Positions 10,418-20,451 of a stretch of 57,294 nt of DNA are shown in pieces. Made by a program: the position numbers and the translations under genes. This DNA is from Candidatus Woesebacteria bacterium GW2011_GWB1_39_12 (GTDB taxonomy: Bacteria; Patescibacteriota; Microgenomatia; UBA8517), in NCBI GenBank assembly GCA_000993405.1, contig LBWB01000002.1, positions 1-57,294 on the forward strand, given 5' to 3'. A model generated the notes under the pieces. It searched no databases, was not told the DNA's origin, and saw nothing but the letters and a program-made list of their open reading frames with translations. Within the stretch, counting starts at the first letter, position 1. Each line of letters opens with the position of its first letter.

Positions 10418-11670
10418 AACACTTTTTCAAAAGATTAACTGCTTTAGTAAGAAAAAAAGGAACTCTTTTTTATATCGGCGCGATTATTATTTTATCTCTT
10501 TATCCGAGACTCTGGATGCTCTCCCAAAAACCACCGATTATCGTAGACGAAGCAGCCAACTTAAGGATGATCCATTCTATTTTAAAAAACGAAAGTCTTA
10601 GCCCGCTGGAATTTCATTGGGACTTCAGTAAAACAATTCTTACATACTATCCATCGATTTTATTAATTAAACTATTCGGAAACAGTAATGATTTATACTT
10701 CTTAAGATTGACCTCTTTAATTTATAGCCTCGTGGCTCTAATCCCATTTTTTCTTCTCACCCGAAGATTAACTAATAATGTTATTGCCTTTGCGGTAACT
10801 TTACTTTTTGGAAGTAGCTATTACTTTTTGCAATTTTCAAGGGTTGGTTGGGTAGATATTGTATTTACTACCACACTTGGTCTTTTTTTAATTTTATTTT
10901 TACAAAAAGCCTTTGAAGACAAAAAAAGTGTTCGTTTAATTTGGATAGTTGTTTCCGGCATGACAGCGGGAATTATTTTCTACGCATATAGAGGAGCAAA
11001 TGTTCTAATTTCCCTTTCCTTTTTGTACTTAACCTTTTTGCAGTTCACAAGTCATATTAGCTTTAAAAAATCCTTTATGACATTTATATTATTTTTCTTT
11101 ACATTCTTATTTGTTTCACTACCATGGCTTATCAAAATTTCCAAAAACTCAGATAAATATAACTTGAGGGCTAACGTCGTATACATAAAAAATGCCCGCC
11201 TTCCTTATCATGGTTTATCTTTTAAAGAAGATCTCACGAAATATCAAATCCTAACATCTATTAAATCCTGGATATTATTAGAAGGTGTTATCGGCGGTAA
11301 TGAAGAAACCCCCAGATATCTGCCGGAAACTTTTCCTCCCTTAAATTTTTTCATTAGGATTTCTTTCTGGGCGGGCGCAATAATTTCCATGTTGAGTTAT
11401 CGCAATTTTAAAAAAACCGGATTTTGGCTCCTCATTATTATTACAACTATTATATTCGGCCAAATACTAACAGTTCATCCTCCCAATGGTGCAAGAGCGC
11501 TCTTAATGCTGCCTTCTTACTATATAATTGCCGCCACTTTCTTTAACAAAATTTATGAAATCTCTGCTAAAAATAAAATAGTTTTAACTATAATTATCCT
11601 CCTGTCTTTATTTTTCTCGCTGCAGGATTTTCTTTTTTACCAATTTTGGATGGAGTGGATAAAGGTATAA
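10414..11670 (+). CDS. GT-C fold glycosyltransferase (ArnT/PMT-like)
   Basis: DE motif (IIVDEAAN) after TM1, SRVGW, multiple TMs. Confidence 0.7.
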   Translation: MKHFFKRLTALVRKKGTLFYIGAIIILSLYPRLWMLSQKPPIIVDEAANLRMIHSILKNESLSPLEFHWDFSKTILTYYPSILLIKLFGNSNDLYFLRLTSLIYSLVALIPFFLLTRRLTNNVIAFAVTLLFGSSYYFLQFSRVGWVDIVFTTTLGLFLILFLQKAFEDKKSVRLIWIVVSGMTAGIIFYAYRGANVLISLSFLYLTFLQFTSHISFKKSFMTFILFFFTFLFVSLPWLIKISKNSDKYNLRANVVYIKNARLPYHGLSFKEDLTKYQILTSIKSWILLEGVIGGNEETPRYLPETFPPLNFFIRISFWAGAIISMLSYRNFKKTGFWLLIIITTIIFGQILTVHPPNGARALLMLPSYYIIAATFFNKIYEISAKNKIVLTIIILLSLFFSLQDFLFYQFWMEWIKV

Positions 11671-11677
11671 TTCAATC

Positions 11678-13723
11678 ATGAACAACGATCTTATATTTAT
11701 TTTTGGGTGGTGGCTGAATTTCTTTTTTGCCGGACTAATTAATCTACCCCTGACCATATTCATCTTTAAAAAGTTTAGGGACGCAGGTTATGGGTTTTCT
11801 AAAACCTTTGGGTCTTTATTAATCGCCTATATTATCTTCTTAGGATCAATTACTCATCTTTTTGGTCTTACCCAAACCTTTATGTATGCAGTAGTCGCTT
11901 TGGTCTTTCTTTTCAATGTCATACTTTTTTTTCGACATAAAGATAAGCTTCTTTCTTTAATTAAAAAAAATCTTCGCATCATGATTTTTCAGGAAATTTT
12001 ATTTACGTTAGGACTTATCCTTTGGTCATACGTCAGAGCTCACCAGTCGGATATAAACGGATTAGAAAAATTTATGGACTTGGGTTTCATAAATTCAATT
12101 CTAAGAAGTAAATATCTTCCGCCTCCTGACATGTGGTTTAGCGGAAAACCCATCAATTATTATTGGTTTGGGCATTTTTGGGTCGCAGTTGTGACAAAAT
12201 TTTCCGGCATTCCTTCTTACATAACTTACAATTTGATGTTGGCAACAATACTTGGTTTCACACTAACGGGTGCCTTTTCAATTGCCTCAACCCTAGTCAA
12301 AGCGCTAAATCTGAAGATCAATAAAAGGGCAGTTCTTGCAGCCGGAATAATATCGGCAATACTACTAAGTTTTGCAGGAAACTTTCATACACCAATTTAT
12401 ATTTTAAAGGAGGGAAGAGATAAATATTGGTATCCTGATGCAACCCGCTTCATCGGCTATAATCCCGAAACAAACGATAAAACCATTCACGAGTTTCCAA
12501 TCTACTCTTTTGTAGTATCAGACTTACACGCTCACCTCATAAACTTACCTTTTGTCCTTCTTTATATTGCTCTACTCTATAATTTTTTAACTAATTTCAA
12601 ATCATTTGGAAATTGGAAATTGGAAATTGGAAATTTTTCAAAACTAATACCGCTGGGTTTTATTCTGGGCGTTATGTTTATGACCAGCGCTTGGGATTTT
12701 GGAAATTATGCGCTGACAACGGGTGTTGTGCTAACCCTGTTCACGCTAAAACGGAAGGGGCTAAATTTCTCTTCTGTCTTTGAAATTGGCGTATCTACGG
12801 CATCAATATTACTAATAGGTTTAGTGGTAAGTCTCCCATTTCTTCTAAATTTTGAATCAATTGCTCAAGGAATTGCTTTAGTAAAAGCAAGGACACCCGT
12901 TTGGCAGCTAGGAGTTCTCTGGGGATTTCCGGCATTATTAACACTCATCTTCGGACTGGTTCTATTAAAGAAATGGCCAAAACTTAAAAAACCGGATATC
13001 TTCGTTGCCGGCCTTTTGGTTTCTTCCTGGATTTTAATATTTTTACCCGAAGTGATTTACGTAAAAGATATCTATATTGCTTCTCATCATAGAGCCAATA
13101 CTATGTTCAAGCTCACATACCAAGCATTCGTGATGAGTTATCTGGCAAGCGGTTATATCGTAATCAGAAGTCTGACATTACTTAAAAAGTTTTTTCCCAG
13201 ACTTTTATTATCCTTATTTTATTTATCAATTTTTGCCGCACTTCTTCGCTATCCCTTTATCGCGACCAAATCCTATTATGCGGATTTGAAAACCTACAGA
13301 GGCTTATCCGGCGAGACATGGCTTGAAAACCAAAATCCGGATATTTTTAAGGCGATTGTCTTTCTTAGGGAAAATGTTAAAGGACAACCGGTAATTCTAG
13401 AAGCACCGGGAGATTCATACACAGAATTCAATTCAATTTCTTCGTATACCGGCCTACCGACGGTTTCCGGATGGTTTGTCCATGAATGGCTTTGGCGTGG
13501 AACTTCCGAAATTCCTCAAGCCCGTGTCGCTGACATCACGCAAATTTATACCTCGGAAGATCCAGTGCTTACTAAAAATCTTTTGAAAAAATATAACGTC
13601 TCGTATGTTATTATCGGTTCTTTCGAACGAGAGAAGTACTCAAATTTAATTGAGGAAAAATTTACTAAACTTGGTCAAAAAGTCTTTTCCTCACCAACAA
13701 CAAAAATTTACCAGATAGACTGA
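11678..13723 (+). CDS. DUF2298 (YYY-type) membrane protein, probable GT-C
   Basis: EKFMDLGFINS, PPPDMWFSGKPINYYWFG, EFPIYSFVVSDLHAH and HEWLWR motifs. Confidence 0.8.
   Translation: MNNDLIFIFGWWLNFFFAGLINLPLTIFIFKKFRDAGYGFSKTFGSLLIAYIIFLGSITHLFGLTQTFMYAVVALVFLFNVILFFRHKDKLLSLIKKNLRIMIFQEILFTLGLILWSYVRAHQSDINGLEKFMDLGFINSILRSKYLPPPDMWFSGKPINYYWFGHFWVAVVTKFSGIPSYITYNLMLATILGFTLTGAFSIASTLVKALNLKINKRAVLAAGIISAILLSFAGNFHTPIYILKEGRDKYWYPDATRFIGYNPETNDKTIHEFPIYSFVVSDLHAHLINLPFVLLYIALLYNFLTNFKSFGNWKLEIGNFSKLIPLGFILGVMFMTSAWDFGNYALTTGVVLTLFTLKRKGLNFSSVFEIGVSTASILLIGLVVSLPFLLNFESIAQGIALVKARTPVWQLGVLWGFPALLTLIFGLVLLKKWPKLKKPDIFVAGLLVSSWILIFLPEVIYVKDIYIASHHRANTMFKLTYQAFVMSYLASGYIVIRSLTLLKKFFPRLLLSLFYLSIFAALLRYPFIATKSYYADLKTYRGLSGETWLENQNPDIFKAIVFLRENVKGQPVILEAPGDSYTEFNSISSYTGLPTVSGWFVHEWLWRGTSEIPQARVADITQIYTSEDPVLTKNLLKKYNVSYVIIGSFEREKYSNLIEEKFTKLGQKVFSSPTTKIYQID
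12606..12633 (+). repeat. Perfect heptamer tandem repeat (TTGGAAA)x4 inside a CDS
   Basis: Read directly; encodes GNWKLEIGN. Confidence 0.9.
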
Positions 13724-13782
13724 ATAAAAGTTCCCTACATGGTCACTAGTCCCTGGATCGCAGCTTCAGATGATATAATTCC

Positions 13783-14433
13783 ATGATGAGACTATATCTA
13801 TTCGGCGGTGCAGAAACAGACCAAGGTCAGGCTCCTAAGTTAAAACAGCTCATAAATAAAGTTCTTGCTCAAATAAGACCAAGGCAACTGCTACATATTC
13901 CGTATGCCCGTATTAAAGTTCCAAAGGGTGAAGAAGATGTTTGGGGCGAAGGGTGGGTGTCTAAGGACCTCGATTTAAAAGAAATCGAACTACTTGACGC
14001 TAGAAATGCTTTTGATATTGAAAGAGCTGACAAGCCGACAATCTTTATGAATGGTGGACCTCAAATTGACCTATTATACGAAAAAATTACTAGCGACAAA
14101 TCTCTCTACAATCTAGTTATGAACGCAAACTTTATTATTGGCGAATCAGCGGGATCGATGATATCTGGCGAATATATACGAACATATAAAAAAAATAAAG
14201 CGGTGGTAACAAAAGGATTAGGGATTTTAAAAGAGACAATAATTGAAGCACATTATACCCAAAGGCGTAGGTATAAATTGCTTAGAAAAGAAATGAAACA
14301 AGTAGACGCTAAATACGGAATAGGTATTGACAGCTTAACAGCAGCAATTATTGATACAAAAACTTATCCAGACAAGTATCAAACTATCGGTTATGGATTA
14401 GTTGAATTTATTAGAAAAGAAAACTTAAAATAG
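13783..14433 (+). CDS. Peptidase S51 family (PepE/cyanophycinase-like) protein
   Basis: MNGG, IGESAGS nucleophile elbow and EAHY; likely start is the second ATG at 13786. Confidence 0.75.
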   Translation: MMRLYLFGGAETDQGQAPKLKQLINKVLAQIRPRQLLHIPYARIKVPKGEEDVWGEGWVSKDLDLKEIELLDARNAFDIERADKPTIFMNGGPQIDLLYEKITSDKSLYNLVMNANFIIGESAGSMISGEYIRTYKKNKAVVTKGLGILKETIIEAHYTQRRRYKLLRKEMKQVDAKYGIGIDSLTAAIIDTKTYPDKYQTIGYGLVEFIRKENLK

Positions 14434-14509
14434 AAGTTCCTAACAAAGTCCACCAGGCCCTGCGAATTAGGCTCAATTTATTGTAGCTGATAGCTGATAT
14501 AATTTATTT

Positions 14510-14791
14510 GTGAATAAGATATTAAAATACTCAATACTTACATCTTCGCTCTTAATTACAATAGTTGCTTCATTTTACCTATCATTTAAATCTCTACCAT
14601 TTATCTGGTCATATGTTGAAAATCACTTACCATATAATCTAATACCAATTGCAGAAATACTTACAATTTGGATAATAATATATATATTTTACGTGTTAAT
14701 CCTAGGATATATTTGGTATCACTTTTATCTCTGGGTAAAGATAATCTACGCAAGAAAAGAAAGGAGAAACACAGGTAAAGTTAATAAATAA
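14510..14791 (+). CDS. Small two-TM hypothetical protein
   Basis: GTG start 6 nt after TGATATAAT; hydrophobic. Confidence 0.55.
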   Translation: MNKILKYSILTSSLLITIVASFYLSFKSLPFIWSYVENHLPYNLIPIAEILTIWIIIYIFYVLILGYIWYHFYLWVKIIYARKERRNTGKVNK

Positions 14792-14845
14792 TCTAATTTA
14801 TAATCGAAGTAGTTCCCGACAAAGTCCATTAGGCTTTACAAAAAT

Positions 14846-15982
14846 TCAATCGCACTTTCCGCCACTTAAAGTGCATTTGGTCCATTGATGAATTTCGTCC
14901 CAAGAATTATCTTTCGGAATAAATACATAAAGATTATCGTACTTCGGAGACTTGGGCGGATTAATTAAAAGAGTTTCCGACAAGATTGCCGACTTCATGT
15001 GATCTTTTGATTGAAGTGCACGGCGGGCAAGTATTGCACTAGCGCTCGGAGGAATATCTGTTTGGGTTGACTCAAGAACTGCATCTTTCAGAGCTTTTAG
15101 CTTTTTAGGAGAGAATAAAATCTCTTTACTTAAAACCTTTTCTTTTATTGCGGTTATCACCTTCTGTTGGCGAGCTTGACGAGCAAAATCGGTTCCTTCG
15201 TCTCCCTCGGCATTTCTCGACCTTACAAACTTGAGTGCGGTCTCTCCGCCCATAACTTGATTGCCCTGAGCGAAGTGAACAGTTTCATAACGACATTTAT
15301 AATCAGGGTCGCCATCACATTTATCATCTTCTTTTCCCGGAATAGGGTACTTCTCATCGGTAAAACTTCTTTCAACATCAACCTCGATTCCTCCCAGTAC
15401 GTCTATAATTTCCTTAAAACCCGAAAAGTCTATGACTAACGCGTAATGAACAGGAAGACCTACTATTTCTTCAACAGTCGACTTGGCAAGAATCATTCCA
15501 CCACCATCTTGTTTTTTATTTCCCCAATAATAAACGCTGTTTAGTTTTGTTCGAAGCTCAGGAATCCAGATATCCCGAGGCAGGGATATAAGATTAATTG
15601 AAGAATTCAAATGGCTTACCGATACAAAAATCATGGTATCTGTAAGGTCGGGTGCTTCGTGCGCAACGTCTCCTTTTCCCAATATGAGTATGTTTGTACG
15701 GTTGTTAATACTTTCTATCTTATCTCCCGGCGTAAAAATAAAATCTCTTGCCAAACCAAAATAAAAATCGGTTCCTGATTTTATTATTAAAGATTTTATT
15801 AATAAAAGTGCCAAAAAAAAGACCAAGATAACAGTCAAGATTATTCCGCTTCTAATTATCCAAACATGCTTTAGAAATCTTCGCTTAAACCTTGAAAAGA
15901 TCATCTTCCTCCTATCCATCTTTATTTCAGGCTTTAACTCTTCCTTAGCAAAAGAATTTTGTATCTCTTCTAACTCTTGCAT
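14846..15982 (-). CDS. LCP (LytR-CpsA-Psr) family glycopolymer transferase
   Basis: NILILG, LTDTM, SLPRD, FVRSR and DFARQARQQ motifs; single TM. Confidence 0.9.
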   Translation of the reverse strand: MQELEEIQNSFAKEELKPEIKMDRRKMIFSRFKRRFLKHVWIIRSGIILTVILVFFLALLLIKSLIIKSGTDFYFGLARDFIFTPGDKIESINNRTNILILGKGDVAHEAPDLTDTMIFVSVSHLNSSINLISLPRDIWIPELRTKLNSVYYWGNKKQDGGGMILAKSTVEEIVGLPVHYALVIDFSGFKEIIDVLGGIEVDVERSFTDEKYPIPGKEDDKCDGDPDYKCRYETVHFAQGNQVMGGETALKFVRSRNAEGDEGTDFARQARQQKVITAIKEKVLSKEILFSPKKLKALKDAVLESTQTDIPPSASAILARRALQSKDHMKSAILSETLLINPPKSPKYDNLYVFIPKDNSWDEIHQWTKCTLSGGKCD

Positions 15983-16003
15983 GCTAGAATTATATCAATT
16001 TCA

Positions 16004-17923
16004 ATGTCTATTGTATTTCACAAAACTAAATCCAACAACCTTCTTTCGAGCTTAAACAAAGAGCAAATCGAGGCCGTAACTTATGACGGCGGACCTCTTC
16101 TTGTTTTGGCCGGAGCAGGAAGTGGAAAAACTCGAGTCTTAACCCACAGAGTTGCCTGGTTTATCGGACAGGAAAAAGCTCGTCCTGAAAATATGCTCCT
16201 TCTAACATTTACTAATAAAGCCGCGGGAGAAATGAAAGACAGGGTTCTCAGATTAACACAACAAGCTCCGGCATTCGCTGGAACATTTCACTCATTTTGC
16301 GTAAGAGTTTTGAGAAAAAGCGGGAAATCAATCGATATAACACCCAACTTTTTAATTTATGACGATGATGATTCAAAAGAAGTTATAAAAGAAATTCTTA
16401 ATGAATTAAATCTTTCGCAAGATAAATATAATCCAAATGCGGTCGCTTCACAAATTTCAGAAGCAAAAAACCAAATGCTTACCCCGACTCAATATGCAGA
16501 GTTTATACGGGGCGAGTTTCAGGAAAAAGTTTTTAAGATTTGGAGCGAATATGAAAAACTTCTTAAAAAAACAGGAGCACTGGATTTCGACGATTTATTA
16601 TTAGAAACAGTGAAATTATTTGAAGATAGAAATGATGTGTTAAACCGCTGGCAGGAAGTCTTAACTCATATATTTGTTGATGAATGGCAGGACACTAATA
16701 AAGTTCAATATAAGTTGACCAGGCAACTTGTCGGAGCGAATGAAAATATTACTGCGGTTGGCGATGCGGCTCAATCGATCTACAGTTGGCGCGGTGCGGA
16801 TTATCGTAATATTAACCTCCTGATGAAGGATTATCCGAACATCAAAGTTATAAATTTGGAACAAAACTACCGTTCCACTCAAACAATTCTTGACGCAGCC
16901 AATTCAATAATCAAAAGAAATACCCAGCATCCCATCTTAAAACTCTGGACAAATAAAAACGGAGGGCAAAAAATAAAAATTTATAGAGCCAGAAGTGAAT
17001 TGGATGAAGCTTCTTTTGTACTTAACGAGATTGATAATTTAATTACCAAAGGACTTGAATTTCAAGATATTGTGATCCTGTACCGAACAAATGCTCAGTC
17101 GCGTGTTCTCGAAGAAGCCTTCTTACATGCAGGAATTCCTTATACCTTGGTCGGGGGAGTAAGATTTTATAGTAGAAAAGAAGTCAAAGACGTACTTTCA
17201 TATTTAAGGCTTTTGGTTAATTCTAAGGATACGGTTTCAAGGAAAAGAATTGAAAAACTTGGAAAAAGACAGCATGAGAAATTCAAAGTCTTTTCAAAAA
17301 AACTTTCTCAAGATTGGCAGGAAAAAGCAACAACATTGGACGTGATGGATGCGGTATTACAAGATACTGATTATCTTTCAAAATACAAAAGAGAGACTGA
17401 AGAAAATGTAACAAGACTCGAAAACATAAAAGAACTTCGCTCGGTTGCAACCGAATTTCCGAATATAAATGATTTTCTGGAAAATGTCGCACTCATTGAA
17501 GCAGAGCAGGATGAAAAAGGAAAAATTAAATCCCGAATCACTAATCACGAATTACCCAGTAACTCTGTTACGCTCATGACCCTCCATGCCGCTAAAGGCC
17601 TGGAGTTTCCGGCCGTTTTTATAGTCGGAATGGAAGAAGGGCTTTTCCCCCATTCAAGAAGTCTTTTTGATATGAACGAATTAGAGGAAGAACGAAGGCT
17701 TGCATATGTTGGAATAACCCGAGCAAAAGATATTCTTTATCTTACATATGCATCACGCCGCCTCTTCTTCGGACAGAGAACAAGTAATCCTCCGTCAAGA
17801 TTTATAATAGATATTCCGGAAAATCTGCTTGAAGGAGTTGAAGGCAGTTTTTCTGATTTTGATGTTAAAGACAAATTCGACACCGATTTCGCCGATGACG
17901 TCGACAACTCAATCAATTTTTAA
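16004..17923 (+). CDS. PcrA/UvrD superfamily 1 DNA helicase
   Basis: AGAGSGKT, TFTNKAA, VDEWQD, NYRS, TLHAAKGLEF and YVGITRA motifs; start moved to 16004 because the ORF-track start overlaps the divergent LCP gene. Confidence 0.9.
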   Translation: MSIVFHKTKSNNLLSSLNKEQIEAVTYDGGPLLVLAGAGSGKTRVLTHRVAWFIGQEKARPENMLLLTFTNKAAGEMKDRVLRLTQQAPAFAGTFHSFCVRVLRKSGKSIDITPNFLIYDDDDSKEVIKEILNELNLSQDKYNPNAVASQISEAKNQMLTPTQYAEFIRGEFQEKVFKIWSEYEKLLKKTGALDFDDLLLETVKLFEDRNDVLNRWQEVLTHIFVDEWQDTNKVQYKLTRQLVGANENITAVGDAAQSIYSWRGADYRNINLLMKDYPNIKVINLEQNYRSTQTILDAANSIIKRNTQHPILKLWTNKNGGQKIKIYRARSELDEASFVLNEIDNLITKGLEFQDIVILYRTNAQSRVLEEAFLHAGIPYTLVGGVRFYSRKEVKDVLSYLRLLVNSKDTVSRKRIEKLGKRQHEKFKVFSKKLSQDWQEKATTLDVMDAVLQDTDYLSKYKRETEENVTRLENIKELRSVATEFPNINDFLENVALIEAEQDEKGKIKSRITNHELPSNSVTLMTLHAAKGLEFPAVFIVGMEEGLFPHSRSLFDMNELEEERRLAYVGITRAKDILYLTYASRRLFFGQRTSNPPSRFIIDIPENLLEGVEGSFSDFDVKDKFDTDFADDVDNSINF

Positions 17924-19026
17924 TGGAAATAAAGAAAAATCCAGAAAAGAATAAAGAGACTCTTAGTAAGGCTTCTCCCCACCCACTTCAATCTCACGAG
18001 TGGGCGGAGTTTAGGAAGGCTTGGGGAAATGAGGTCTTGGAAACAAAATACGGAATAATTATTCTACATAAAATCCCTCTTACAAAATACAAAGTTGGAA
18101 TGTTTATAAAAGGACCAGTTCCCACCGCCAAAATGTTAGCCGACTTACGACAGATGGCTAAAAAAAATAACTTACTTTTTATCAAATTAGAACCGAATGT
18201 GGCGGTGGAATTTCCAATTTCCAAATCCCAAATTCCAAATAAATCCAAAATAACAAATCCCAATTTCAAAATACGATATTCGAAAGAAAAAGTTATAAAC
18301 TTACTCAAAGAAAACGGTTGTGTGCAGGGAAAAACTCTATTTACTCCAACCTCTTTTTGGATAGATCTTACTCCTTCCGAAGATGAATTATTGAAAAACT
18401 TTTCTTCCAAGACTCGTTACAACATCCGCTATGCCCAAAGAAAGGGGGTTGAAGTTGTTGAAGACAACTCCAATAAAGCATTTGAAAAATATATCGAGTT
18501 AACTCGGGAAACAGTCGAGCGGCAGGGATTTTACGCCCACACCGAATCCTACCATCGGTTAATGTGGAAATATTTACACCCCACTTCGCCAAGGCTTCGA
18601 GGGGCAAGCCAATCACTTGCCTCGCCAAAGCTTCCAAGCGAAGGCGGGCCAATTGCTCGCTTGCTTACCGCTAAATACAATGACGAAATTATTACTTGCT
18701 GGATTATCTTTGTTTATAAAGATTTCCTTTATTACCCTTATGGGGCATCTTCCGAAAAGTACAAAAACGTAATGGCAAATAACTTAATGATGTGGGAAGC
18801 AATTCGCTATGGTAAAAAATTAGGACTAAAAACTTTTGATCTTTGGGGAAGAGAGCCCGGCAAAGGTTTTACAAAATTCAAAGAAGGCTACAACCCGCAA
18901 GTTGTGGAATTTATCGGAACTTGGGACTTAGTAACATCTCCTTTATATTGGCCGTATAGGACCGCCGAATTCCTTCGTTGGCAAATCTTGAGAACTAAAA
19001 GCAAGTTTGTGGAACCAAAGTTCTAA
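17923..19026 (+). CDS. FemAB/FemX family peptidoglycan bridge aminoacyltransferase
   Basis: HPLQSHEWAEF, KTRYNIRYAQRKG, YPYGAS, FDLWG and FKEGY motifs; carries two repeat-derived insertions. Confidence 0.85.
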   Translation: MEIKKNPEKNKETLSKASPHPLQSHEWAEFRKAWGNEVLETKYGIIILHKIPLTKYKVGMFIKGPVPTAKMLADLRQMAKKNNLLFIKLEPNVAVEFPISKSQIPNKSKITNPNFKIRYSKEKVINLLKENGCVQGKTLFTPTSFWIDLTPSEDELLKNFSSKTRYNIRYAQRKGVEVVEDNSNKAFEKYIELTRETVERQGFYAHTESYHRLMWKYLHPTSPRLRGASQSLASPKLPSEGGPIARLLTAKYNDEIITCWIIFVYKDFLYYPYGASSEKYKNVMANNLMMWEAIRYGKKLGLKTFDLWGREPGKGFTKFKEGYNPQVVEFIGTWDLVTSPLYWPYRTAEFLRWQILRTKSKFVEPKF

Positions 19027-19067
19027 GAATTATGCAACAACTAAGTACTTAGGAACTAACCATTGGG

Positions 19068-19436
19068 TTATACCTCTTTGACAAAGGAGCTTACGACGTG
19101 TGCAGCAAGTCTTAGCTCACGTTCTGTATCCAAACCAAATGTTTTAGGGTCTTTCATATTTCCCCCCGAATCGTAATAAAGTGAGTCGACTGCTGGCTGC
19201 AGATCTGTGGATCCCAAAGCAACGCCTTCTAATCTCATTTTATCAACTTCTTTTTTAAATTTTGTAACCTCCCAAAGTAATTTGTTCGCTGTATCCTCTC
19301 CGACAAGTCGAGTAAGAGTCCAGTGAGCATCACCTAAAGCAATTTCTGCTTTAGCAGAACCATTATCTAGGCTTAGAACTCCCTCAAACCTATCAGGCAT
19401 TACCTCTATTTCAAAATCTTTATTATCATCTACCAT
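19068..19436 (-). CDS. Hypothetical protein
   Basis: Open ORF; likely start MVDDNK at 19436, 7 nt after TATAAT; lies antisense between two FemAB genes. Confidence 0.5.
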   Translation of the reverse strand: MVDDNKDFEIEVMPDRFEGVLSLDNGSAKAEIALGDAHWTLTRLVGEDTANKLLWEVTKFKKEVDKMRLEGVALGSTDLQPAVDSLYYDSGGNMKDPKTFGLDTERELRLAAHVVSSFVKEV

Positions 19437-19501
19437 AACATATATTATAAGCACAGCAACCCTTCTAAGCAATAACTGTTAAACTTGAAAGGGTTTAGTT
19501 C

Positions 19502-20440
19502 ATGATCGACCTAAGACAAACTTCCGACTATGCAAAATACATGTCTTCTATTGGTTGGATAGTCGAAAGAAAAGATGGAGTAAATTATTTTATCAAGAAA
19601 TTTCCTTTAATTGGCTCTTTTATCAAAATCCAGAGGCCTAAAAAAATAGATTTTGACCAAATAACCACAATCGCAAAAAAATATCGCGCTTTTCAAATAA
19701 TCATCGAACCTATCCTACCCGCCCGTTTCGGGTCCAAGAGCTGGTCCTCCGCCGGTATCCGGACCAATAATCATAACTTAATAATACTACAGGGTTATAA
19801 ACAAAGTAAATCCCCTTACTTGCCTTCCAAGACAATTTACATAGATTTAACAAAATCTGAAAAAGTACTACTCAAAGAGATGCACTACAAAACCCGTTAC
19901 AATATTAAAAAGGCTTCACAAAATTCAACGACGAAGTCGCCGAAGTTTTTCAAAATCCAAATTTCATATGATATCGAAAAATTTGCCGACTTCTGGCAGG
20001 AATGCGCAAGGAACCAGCGAGGAATGTTTTTGTCGCAAAAAAAAGAAATTATTGAACTTTACAAAGCTTTTGGGGAAAATGCACATCTTATTCTTGTATA
20101 CCACAAAGACACCTCCGAGGTGGCCGAAAGGACTCCTCGGATGGTGGAAAAGAGAGAATTAGTCTCAGGAATTTTAATGATAAGAACAAAAGACATTGCC
20201 TACTATATGTATGCAGCCGCGTCAGACGCGGGTAAAAAATTATTCGCGCCAACTTTATGTGCATGGGAAGCAATAAAGCTTTCTAAAAAACACGGATCGA
20301 AAATTTTCGATTTTGAAGGAATTTATGACGAACGCTTTCCTCTGAAAAGTTGGCACGGCTTCACCCGTTTCAAAAAATCCTTCGGAGGGCGCGAAATTGA
20401 ATACCCAGGTGCTTTTGTTAAATATCGAATCCCGATTTAG
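19502..20440 (+). CDS. FemAB/FemX family protein
   Basis: KTRYNIKKA, YYMYAA, FDFEGI and FKKSFGG motifs. Confidence 0.8.
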   Translation: MIDLRQTSDYAKYMSSIGWIVERKDGVNYFIKKFPLIGSFIKIQRPKKIDFDQITTIAKKYRAFQIIIEPILPARFGSKSWSSAGIRTNNHNLIILQGYKQSKSPYLPSKTIYIDLTKSEKVLLKEMHYKTRYNIKKASQNSTTKSPKFFKIQISYDIEKFADFWQECARNQRGMFLSQKKEIIELYKAFGENAHLILVYHKDTSEVAERTPRMVEKRELVSGILMIRTKDIAYYMYAAASDAGKKLFAPTLCAWEAIKLSKKHGSKIFDFEGIYDERFPLKSWHGFTRFKKSFGGREIEYPGAFVKYRIPI

Positions 20441-20451
20441 AATGATGAAAG

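Larger units (their letters stand above)
13728..14834 (+). repeat. Three degenerate ~25-bp spacer repeats (13728-13755, 14434-14462, 14811-14834)
   Basis: aagttccctacatggtcactagtccctg / aagttcctaacaaagtccaccaggccctg / agttcccgacaaagtccattaggc; copies 2 and 3 match at 20 of 24 nt. Confidence 0.6.
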
